Below are positions 1 through 6,846 of a stretch of DNA of 12,544 nt, one piece after another (within the stretch, counting starts at the first letter, position 1; each line of letters opens with the position of its first letter). The translations under genes were made by a program, and so were the position numbers. Location of the stretch: assembly GCA_044451405.1 (NCBI GenBank), contig JBIOKB010000025.1, forward strand, positions 1 through 12,544, given 5' to 3'. Source of the stretch: Candidatus Babeliales bacterium (GTDB lineage: Bacteria > Babelota > Babeliae > Babelales > Vermiphilaceae). The notes beneath the pieces are model-generated. The model was not told where the DNA came from. It was given only the letters and a program-made list of their open reading frames with translations, and did no database searches.

Positions 1-284
1 GTATGAGTTCTTGCGTGTCTGACCAAATGACTTTTATATGCAAAAACTTCGCCACATGTATCGCATACATGAGCTTTTTCTTTTTTGACGTTAGTTTTTT
101 TATCCCCATCAAATTTTCTTTTAATTCCTCTAGTTACTCTTACAGATTTCTGAGCAGTGGCTGCTTGGGTAGCAGAAGTATCAGATAAAGTAGGTAATTC
201 GCCAATGGCTTCTTCCATTGCACTACTCATGCTCGTTGCACAAATAAGAAGCAATAGGGTTAAATTGGTGAATGTTGTTTTCAT
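1..284 (-). CDS. Secreted C2H2 zinc-finger protein, paralog D (partial; runs off the window at base 1)
   Basis: Not in the ORF track; translated by hand from ATG at 284: MKTTFTNLTLLLLICATSMSSAMEEAIGELPTLSDTSATQAATAQKSVRVTRGIKRKFDGDKKTNVKKEKAHVCDTCGEVFAYKSHLVRHARTH... It has the same signal peptide as the other paralogs, a basic patch and one complete C-x2-C-x12-H-x3-H finger. Its ATG overlaps the TGA of 281..1435 (ATGA). Confidence 0.93.
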   Translation of the reverse strand, partial: MKTTFTNLTLLLLICATSMSSAMEEAIGELPTLSDTSATQAATAQKSVRVTRGIKRKFDGDKKTNVKKEKAHVCDTCGEVFAYKSHLVRHARTH

Positions 285-297
285 AGATTCCCGTCTT
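208..297. repeat. Dispersed direct repeat, copy 1 (EDGNL/stop-start junction plus signal-peptide coding block)
   Basis: gcttcttccatNgcNctactcatgc...ttcatagatt(t/c)ccgtc recurs at about 1359, 2417 and, without the junction, 3256. Confidence 0.85.
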
Positions 298-1435
298 CTC
301 TTGTTTTTTCGGGAGGTTTTACATGTGCATTACCCGCATCAGGCATAGATAATGATTCGCCACCACGTGGGTAAGATATTGCTGGTGCTACTGCTTGCTC
401 ACTAAGTTGTGTTTGTCCTCCGGCTTGTTCTACAGAGCCCTGTGCGAGGGAGGGCGCATGATAATGGGAATGAGAATGATAATGTGTATGCATAGGGGCT
501 GATGAAGCTAACAGCGCAAAGTATAATGAGATTGGTAAAGGAAATTGTGGCATTAGTGTTGCGGCTGCTGGAAAGTATGCATAAGTTGTATGAGCGCTTT
601 GTCCTGTTGTTTGTGCAAGAGAAACTGAGGCTGATGACTTAGGTATATGAGCTCTTCCTATATGGGCAGTTAAATTAGCTTTCTTCCCATAACCTGCACC
701 ACAGGTAGCGCATTTATAAATGCCGCTTTCTTCTGTATGAACTTTTGAATGTTTTTTTAACGAATGTGATTGTGTATATTTTTCTCCGCACCCGGGGTGG
801 ATGCATACGTAAGCTTGTTCTTTAGTATGAGTTTTTATGTGTTGAGTTAAACCGCATTTTTGTGCAAAATCTTTGCCACATTTAGTACACTTGAAGGGTC
901 TTTTTCCGGTATGAGTTCTTACGTGAATTTTCAAACTACCGTTACTTAGAAAATCTTTGCTACATCCAGGATGCTTACATTTGAAAGGTCTTTCTCCAGT
1001 GTGAGTTTTTATATGATATTTTAAGCCGTTTTTAGATGTAAAACCTTTGCCACATTGATCACATGAGTAGCTTTTTTCAGAATCTTTCGTGCTCTCCGTA
1101 GCTTGCCGAGCTTGATTGCCCGGATAAGCAGAGGAGAGTTCTTGTTCAGCTTTTCTTGCAGCAACAATTTTTCTTTTTTTGTAAATGGAGCTCTGTGTAG
1201 ATGTTTCTTCAGAGCGTTCAACATTTCTTTTTTTAGTTCCTATTTGTGCTTGGCTCACTGAGTCAGCTGCGGCAGATATGGGCGCTTGTGCGGCCAAAAT
1301 CATGGCAGTTGTTTGTGGGTTAGCAGGGGCAGTAGATAAAGCGAGTAAGCCTTCAATAGCTTCTTCCATCGCACTACTCATGCTCGTTGCACACAAAAAG
1401 AGTAATAGAGTGAAATTAGTGAATAATGTCTTCAT
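281..1435 (-). CDS. Secreted multi-C2H2 zinc-finger protein, paralog C (5 fingers)
   Basis: Signal peptide MKTLFTNFTLLLFLCATSMSSA; basic motifs TKKRN and YKKRKIV; five C2H2 fingers (about 647-1069) with linkers TGERP, TGKRP, TKEQA, TEESGI; Ala/Pro/His/Gln-rich tail ending EDGNL. Confidence 0.95.
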   Translation of the reverse strand: MKTLFTNFTLLLFLCATSMSSAMEEAIEGLLALSTAPANPQTTAMILAAQAPISAAADSVSQAQIGTKKRNVERSEETSTQSSIYKKRKIVAARKAEQELSSAYPGNQARQATESTKDSEKSYSCDQCGKGFTSKNGLKYHIKTHTGERPFKCKHPGCSKDFLSNGSLKIHVRTHTGKRPFKCTKCGKDFAQKCGLTQHIKTHTKEQAYVCIHPGCGEKYTQSHSLKKHSKVHTEESGIYKCATCGAGYGKKANLTAHIGRAHIPKSSASVSLAQTTGQSAHTTYAYFPAAATLMPQFPLPISLYFALLASSAPMHTHYHSHSHYHAPSLAQGSVEQAGGQTQLSEQAVAPAISYPRGGESLSMPDAGNAHVKPPEKTREDGNL

Positions 1436-1452
1436 AGATTTCCGTCCTCTGG
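1359..1452. repeat. Dispersed direct repeat, copy 2
   Basis: gcttcttccatcgcactactcatgctcgttgcaca...ttcatagatttccgtcctctgg. Confidence 0.85.
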
Positions 1453-2493
1453 AGTCAATGAAGGGCCAAAAAGTACGCTGTTAGAATCAGATTCTGGTAA
1501 AGCGAGCGGCCCAATCAATGGAGTGGCAAATTCCTCCTGAAACGTGTCTCGATTCTCATTAGACATGCTCAATGATAATCCACCAGAATAAGGGATTGGT
1601 AATGGCACCACTGGTAACAGGGCGCTTGATTGTGTTTGAAGATAATGGTCTGTATGCATAGAAGCCGCGGTTAGCGGTGGCGCTTGAGATTCTGATGGCA
1701 CACCTGAATCGCTGCTGCTATGGCTGTGTGTAGCAGGTTCTGGTGTGTGAACACAGTGTTCTGCTAGGGTTAATTTAATTTTTTTCTCGGCATGAGTTTT
1801 TTCGTGTCTGGTTAAATTATATTTAGCTTCAAAGTTTTTGCCGCATATGCTGCATTTGAAAGCTTTTTCGTTATGAATTTTCATATGTCGAATTAGACTA
1901 CTTTCATGGAAAAAATTTTTACCGCATGTTTCACATAAGTAAAGTTGTTTTTCAGTGAAAGACTTTTCTCCAGTATGTGCTCTTATGTGGGTGATCAAGG
2001 TAACTTTATCAGAAAATTTTTTATTGCATCCATAACAGGTGATAAACTTCTTTTTGATATGTGTTCTTATATGTTTAGTTAAAAGTTTTTTGTCTGTAAA
2101 TTCTTGCCCGCATTTTTCACAGGTTAGTTTTGTATGAGTTTTTATATGTTCGGTTAAAATACGTTTGTATGGAAAAGCTTTATCGCATCCAGGATGATCA
2201 CATTTGCAAGGTGTTTCTCCAGTGTGTCTTCTGAAATGGTCGGCCAAATGACTGCTTCTTGAAAAGTTTTTTCCACACTTAGAGCATATATGTTCGCTCG
2301 TGCCCCGTTTTCTTTTAGTTCCCTTTTTTACAGTGGGCGACTCTTGGCTTTCTGAACCAGCGCCAGCTTCGGCTTCGATAGTTGAAGTTGTGTGTGTAGG
2401 CACACTATTTTCAACGGCTTCTTCCATAGCGCTACTCATGCCTGCTGCACACAGAAGAAATAATAGGATGAGATTGGTTAATACTGTCTTCAT
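1432..2493 (-). CDS. Secreted multi-C2H2 zinc-finger protein, paralog B (6 fingers)
   Basis: Signal peptide MKTVLTNLILLFLLCAAGMSSA; basic patch KKGTKRKR; six C2H2 fingers (about 1792-2292), e.g. CSKCGKNFSRSSHLADHFRRH-TGETP; Ser/Pro/acidic tail ending PEDGNL. Confidence 0.95.
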   Translation of the reverse strand: MKTVLTNLILLFLLCAAGMSSAMEEAVENSVPTHTTSTIEAEAGAGSESQESPTVKKGTKRKRGTSEHICSKCGKNFSRSSHLADHFRRHTGETPCKCDHPGCDKAFPYKRILTEHIKTHTKLTCEKCGQEFTDKKLLTKHIRTHIKKKFITCYGCNKKFSDKVTLITHIRAHTGEKSFTEKQLYLCETCGKNFFHESSLIRHMKIHNEKAFKCSICGKNFEAKYNLTRHEKTHAEKKIKLTLAEHCVHTPEPATHSHSSSDSGVPSESQAPPLTAASMHTDHYLQTQSSALLPVVPLPIPYSGGLSLSMSNENRDTFQEEFATPLIGPLALPESDSNSVLFGPSLTPEDGNL

Positions 2494-2510
2494 AGATTTC
2501 CGTCTTCTGG
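2417..2510. repeat. Dispersed direct repeat, copy 3
   Basis: gcttcttccatagcgctactcatgcctgctgcaca...ttcatagatttccgtcttctgg. Confidence 0.85.
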
Positions 2511-3332
2511 ATTCGATGAAGCGCCAAAAAGTATACTGCTAAAATCAGGTTCTGGTAAAGTAAGCGGTGGTTCTGAAGGTGGCTCAGCTAATGGATTGCC
2601 AAATTCATCCTGATTAAACGTATTTCCATTCTCATTAGGCATGCTTAATGAGAATCCACCAGATAAATCAGCAGCTGGTGATGGTTCCACTGCTGGCGGT
2701 AGAGCAAGTGGTTGATAAGAATGGGAATGGGAATGATCTTCTAAAGTAGCTGGTGAAGGTGTGAATTGTGGCATCGGGCCTGCTGGAAGAAATGCATAAG
2801 GTGCATGAGCAGCGGGCTCTGCCGCTTGCGCAGCTAAAGATGGAGTAGGAGTTGTTTGGTTAGGGTTATGAACTCTGCTTATATGCTGAGTTAGTGCTCC
2901 TTGTTTTTTATAACCTATGCCACATATTGTGCATGTGTAACGCCGTTTTCCTGTATGAGCTTTTAAGTGTCTTTGTAAATCACGTGGGTCTGCGTAGCTC
3001 TCGTTACATTGAGCATAGGTACATTTGTATGGTCTTTCTCCAGCATGAGTTCTTTGGTGTCTGGTTAAATGTGCTTTATCGATAAAAGATTTGCCACATC
3101 TAGAAAAAGTACATTTATAAGGTTTATTTTTTTCAGAAGATCTTTTTCTTTTTCGCTCTTTTTTTATAGTGTGTGTTTCACTACCCGCACCGGCTCCGGC
3201 AGATACAGCTAGTTGGGTAGCAGGAGTATCTGATGAAACAAGTAAGCCATTAGAAGCTTCTTCCATAGCGCTACTCATGCTCGTTGCACACAAGAGAAAT
3301 AATAGAGTTAAATTGATTACTCGTGTTTTCAT
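2490..3332 (-). CDS. Secreted multi-C2H2 zinc-finger protein, paralog A (3 fingers; first gene of the operon)
   Basis: Signal peptide MKTRVINLTLLFLLCATSMSSA; basic patch KKERKRKR; three C2H2 fingers (about 2868-3119) with AGERP and TGKRR linkers; Pro/Ala/acidic tail ending PEDGNL; SD-like GAGGGG at 3345-3340. Confidence 0.95.
   Translation of the reverse strand: MKTRVINLTLLFLLCATSMSSAMEEASNGLLVSSDTPATQLAVSAGAGAGSETHTIKKERKRKRSSEKNKPYKCTFSRCGKSFIDKAHLTRHQRTHAGERPYKCTYAQCNESYADPRDLQRHLKAHTGKRRYTCTICGIGYKKQGALTQHISRVHNPNQTTPTPSLAAQAAEPAAHAPYAFLPAGPMPQFTPSPATLEDHSHSHSYQPLALPPAVEPSPAADLSGGFSLSMPNENGNTFNQDEFGNPLAEPPSEPPLTLPEPDFSSILFGASSNPEDGNL
3256..3332. repeat. Dispersed direct repeat, copy 4 (signal-peptide block only)
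   Basis: gcttcttccatagcgctactcatgctcgttgcaca...ttttcat. Confidence 0.85.
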
Positions 3333-3401
3333 ATATTTACCCCTCTTTTTCTGAGGCTTTTATACCTTAAATTTCTTGACTATTGTTTTATTCTATTAGA
3401 A

Positions 3402-3429
3402 ATATTATCAAATATACACCAATTGTCAA
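3402..3429 (-). promoter_or_regulatory. Putative sigma70-type promoter of the zinc-finger operon
   Basis: The minus strand reads TTGACA (3429-3424), a 16-nt spacer ending in TGn, then TAATAT (3407-3402), about 70 nt upstream of the ATG at 3332. Confidence 0.65.
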
Positions 3430-3486
3430 AGGGGTTATTTTATATCCCAATAGTTTATACATTCGTATGGGAAAAGAAATGTCTTG

Positions 3487-3502
3487 CCCTGAGTTCTCAG
3501 GG
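3487..3502. promoter_or_regulatory. Inverted repeat (possible operator or hairpin) in the divergent intergenic region
   Basis: CCCTGAG-TT-CTCAGGG, with overlapping outer arms CTTGCC (3483-3488) and GGCAAG (3506-3511). Confidence 0.35.
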
Positions 3503-3539
3503 AATGGCAAGGTAGGGGGTAGATTGGGTAGGAGAGTCT

Positions 3540-4037
3540 ATGAGGAATAGCGGGTATACACTGGTTGAACTGGTCATTGTTATGTGCTTACTTATGCTGC
3601 TTATAGGGATCACCGTAGGCAATAGAGGTACTTCTAAGATAGGTGCCTGTTCTGCAGTATATACCCTGCACAGTGTTTGTAATTATATGCACATGCGTGC
3701 TCGTGCAACGAACCAAACCCACATACTTAGTTTTGATATAGAGCATAATACCTACTGTTATAATGGCATGCGTGAGCAGTTGCCATCAGGAGTAGTGTTC
3801 GGCGTTCTTGATAGAGCATGCGGGCCCCCTTCATCACCAGTGCGCCCTATAACGCATCCCATTACGGCTGAAAATCAATGTATAACTTTTACGCCCCATG
3901 GTATTATACAGCCTGGTGCAATCTATATAAAAACAACTGATAATAGCTGTATGTATGCGTTAAGTGTGTCAGTTGCACAAGCATCGTTTGTACGGATGTA
4001 TGAGTATCGTCATGGAACATGGATTTTATTAACATAA
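3540..4037 (+). CDS. Prepilin-type N-terminal cleavage/methylation domain protein (FimT/GspH-like minor pilin or pseudopilin)
   Basis: Class III signal MRNSG|YTLVEL followed by a hydrophobic helix; ITFTPHG resembles the C-terminal motif of GspH/FimT; SD AGGAG at 3530-3534. Confidence 0.8.
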   Translation: MRNSGYTLVELVIVMCLLMLLIGITVGNRGTSKIGACSAVYTLHSVCNYMHMRARATNQTHILSFDIEHNTYCYNGMREQLPSGVVFGVLDRACGPPSSPVRPITHPITAENQCITFTPHGIIQPGAIYIKTTDNSCMYALSVSVAQASFVRMYEYRHGTWILLT

Positions 4038-4047
4038 GAAGCTAATC

Positions 4048-6768
4048 ATGATAGTGCGCTCTGCCAGTATTGGATTATTAATTGGATCTCTCATAACACT
4101 GGTGTGCATGCAGTATGATCCATGGGTTAAACAGCGTGTAGGAAAAGCATTTAAAGAGCTGTTTGAAACATCCATTGGATGCCGTATGCACTGCAGTGTG
4201 CAGTCGTTGCATTTGTGGCAACCGGCATTAGTGTTGCAGGATGTTCGCGTAACACCGCGTGATGAACAGGCACCATGGTACTGGACAGCCAAGCGCCTTA
4301 TTGTTTCATGTAACTGGTGGCATGTGTGCTGTTATGGCATTATTGATTTACATGTAGTGTTGGAAGATAGTCATACCTATAGTTCAGTTTCTCATGGCGT
4401 GTTAGCAATTAATGATCATGTTAATACCTTGTTTTTCGGCTCTTCTTCTTCAATTCCGTTATTTACTAAATCAGTGATCTATAAACGAGCGCACCTGCAT
4501 CTTGCTGATACTGATTCAGCAACTGATATGCATGTTACGTGGAATAGTGAATCAAAAAAAATCGATAATCATTTTAAATCTACTCTATATTGTATTGATG
4601 GTTCTTTAGCAGATAAAAATAAAACCTATGTTAGCGATATGCAGGGATCCGTATATCTTGATATGATCTTTGCCAATCAGCAGGTAGAACATAGTATGCG
4701 TGCTGATTGCTCAGTACGTCTTGCCTGTTTACCTCCTGCTCATCAAGAATGCCATATTGATGCAGAGTGGTATGGCAATCAGGGAACGCTACATATTGCC
4801 AATGATGATCATTCACTCCATATTACACCGGTTGCCATTTCCTCTGATAATAACGAATATACTGCCCATATGCAGGGTACCATTCCTCTTAATGTGCTTG
4901 CGTATTACGGGTTTGCGCATCAACATGACGCGTGTGCTGGTACGTGCAGTGTTGCTCTGCACGTAAAAAAAGATGCACATGGTGTTACTGCAGATGGAAC
5001 AGGTACGGTTGATGACGGTGCGTATCATAAAACATCATTAGGTGCCATTACGATGACTGGTAGTGGAGAGCGTGATGCATGGCATGGTTCACTTACTTGG
5101 ATGCCAACGCAGGATGTGCGTGTTGAAGGCGCGTGGCAGTGGCAGCAAGGGCGTGCGCAGATAGAATGTATGTTGCGTGGTGAAACACCGATTTCTATCA
5201 TGAATCAGTGGTATGTACAACCAGGAAGCACCGGATGTACTATCGCCTATGATCATACGGGAATAACCGGATCCTACCACAGTACTCTTCATAACACATA
5301 TCAGGATACAACAGTACAGCTCAACGGACATGGTACGTATAGTGATGGGATAGGAACATGGCATGGTACGGTGAATGATTGTGCCCATGTTGGCTCTCTT
5401 GCATGCACTGATACGGGATATGAAGGATCACTACGGTATAACGATGATAAACAGGCGATAGCTACTTTTGCGCTGCATAACACACAACTTTCAGGGTCTA
5501 TTCATATTCCATGGATTAAAGATATTGTTGTAGCACTGTATGGAGGCGATATACAGGGTGATGGCTCTGTGCGGTGGGATGTAGCAGATTATCAACACAC
5601 TCCATTAACCATAACGTGTACCCTTGATGGTACGCTGCGTATTCCACAAACATATAATGCTATTAATGAAGCACAGGGAATTATAGAGTGGGATTATAAC
5701 GCACGCACGATGCGTATGAAAAACGTGCAGGGTACGTTGTATAAAGGTTCCTTTGCCTGTCATCAAGCAACAGTATTCTATGATGATACGTGGCATCCTT
5801 TTTTTATACAGGCGCCCTGTATTTTTAATGACTGTTTATTAAATGTAAAAAAAGATTTATTTGCGCTTATGTCTGGCCATATGACGTACACGTATCAGGA
5901 TGCGCAAGCCCGTTTAACAGGACTTCTTACTATTGATCATTCACAACTAAAAGAAAATATTTTTTCTGAAGCATTTGCCAATCGTTTTTTACATGCTACT
6001 GGTATGATGATTCCGGTACGGGATAATTCCCTTATGTGTGATGTAACGATAAAAACAAAAGTTCCTACGCACATAAAAACGGCCTTTCTGGATACAACAG
6101 CTGCCATTGATCTTCATGTGACTCATTCACTCGCTTGTCCAGAAGTAGCAGGCACACTATCAATCGGGTCAGGACAATTATCATTTCCCTACAAGCCATT
6201 GTATATTACCCAGGGCTCTTTGTATTGTGTGCCCGGCCGTTTATATGATCCTCTTATTGAATTTACGGCAAAAAACAGTATTAAAAATCATACGATATCT
6301 CTGCATGTTACTGGTTCTCTTTCAAAACCGCATGTGACGCTTGAATCATGGCCGCCCTTAACGCAAGAACAAATTGTTTCGTTATTGTTGGTAGGTTCAT
6401 ATCAAGAATCATTGAATATGGTTATGCCTGCGTTGGTTATGAATAACATCACATCACTGTTATTTGGCGAGAATCACACAACGCATACATCAACGAATAA
6501 ATTCGTATCATTATTAGAGCCATTTAAACGCATCAGGCTGGTGCCTAGTTTTACTGATCAAACAGGCCGTGGCGGGCTACGTGGTGCTATTGAAGTGGAT
6601 GTAAGTGATCGCGTGCACGCAGTTATTCAAAAGAACTTTAGCTTAACGGAAGATACCTATTTTGAATTAGGGTATCTGTTATCAGATGATATTAATGTCC
6701 GCTTGCTGCGTGATGAGCGGCGTGATATGGGGGCAGAAGTTGAAATGCGGTGGAAGTTTGGGAGTTAG
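4048..6768 (+). CDS. tamB: TamB/AsmA-like translocation and assembly module protein (C-terminal DUF490-like domain)
   Basis: N-terminal membrane anchor, long beta-rich body, and C-terminal motifs VTGSLSKPHVTLESWPPLTQEQIVSLLLVG and GAEVEMRWKF typical of TamB/DUF490. Confidence 0.75.
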   Translation: MIVRSASIGLLIGSLITLVCMQYDPWVKQRVGKAFKELFETSIGCRMHCSVQSLHLWQPALVLQDVRVTPRDEQAPWYWTAKRLIVSCNWWHVCCYGIIDLHVVLEDSHTYSSVSHGVLAINDHVNTLFFGSSSSIPLFTKSVIYKRAHLHLADTDSATDMHVTWNSESKKIDNHFKSTLYCIDGSLADKNKTYVSDMQGSVYLDMIFANQQVEHSMRADCSVRLACLPPAHQECHIDAEWYGNQGTLHIANDDHSLHITPVAISSDNNEYTAHMQGTIPLNVLAYYGFAHQHDACAGTCSVALHVKKDAHGVTADGTGTVDDGAYHKTSLGAITMTGSGERDAWHGSLTWMPTQDVRVEGAWQWQQGRAQIECMLRGETPISIMNQWYVQPGSTGCTIAYDHTGITGSYHSTLHNTYQDTTVQLNGHGTYSDGIGTWHGTVNDCAHVGSLACTDTGYEGSLRYNDDKQAIATFALHNTQLSGSIHIPWIKDIVVALYGGDIQGDGSVRWDVADYQHTPLTITCTLDGTLRIPQTYNAINEAQGIIEWDYNARTMRMKNVQGTLYKGSFACHQATVFYDDTWHPFFIQAPCIFNDCLLNVKKDLFALMSGHMTYTYQDAQARLTGLLTIDHSQLKENIFSEAFANRFLHATGMMIPVRDNSLMCDVTIKTKVPTHIKTAFLDTTAAIDLHVTHSLACPEVAGTLSIGSGQLSFPYKPLYITQGSLYCVPGRLYDPLIEFTAKNSIKNHTISLHVTGSLSKPHVTLESWPPLTQEQIVSLLLVGSYQESLNMVMPALVMNNITSLLFGENHTTHTSTNKFVSLLEPFKRIRLVPSFTDQTGRGGLRGAIEVDVSDRVHAVIQKNFSLTEDTYFELGYLLSDDINVRLLRDERRDMGAEVEMRWKFGS

Positions 6769-6798
6769 GAGAAAGACTGGCATAGCCATTCTTTTTAG

Positions 6799-6840
6799 TG
6801 GTATACTGCAGACAATCTAAGAATGTAGATTTCAGGAGGT
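6799..6840 (+). promoter_or_regulatory. Putative extended -10 promoter and RBS of the PLD gene
   Basis: TG-G-TATACT at 6799-6807; AGGAGGT at 6834-6840, 6 nt before the GTG at 6847. Confidence 0.5.
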
Positions 6841-6846
6841 AGATAC

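Noticed and set aside
208-3332. Recurring repeat as a CRISPR array or IS ends
   Set aside because: Copies are about 0.8-1.15 kb apart, lie in coding frame and are degenerate; there are no cas or transposase genes.
1-3332. Eukaryotic contamination, or Ros/MucR-type regulators
   Set aside because: The genes are intronless and ATGA-overlapped, with SD and sigma70-like signals, contiguous with bacterial genes. Finger spacing, linkers and multiplicity are Kruppel-like, not Ros/MucR-like. A read-level check is still advisable.
3267-3332. Lipoprotein signal (conserved Cys15 in the leaders)
   Set aside because: The residues before Cys (FLL, LFL, LLI) do not fit the lipobox [LVI][ASTVI][GAS]C; an SPase I site S-S-A follows.
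157-3354. Plus-strand ORFs 157..348, 1185..1484, 2300..2542 and 3169..3354 sharing ASSIALLM, which look like a small-protein family
   Set aside because: They are antisense shadows of the repeated signal-peptide DNA of the zinc-finger genes; their similarity is confined to that repeat.
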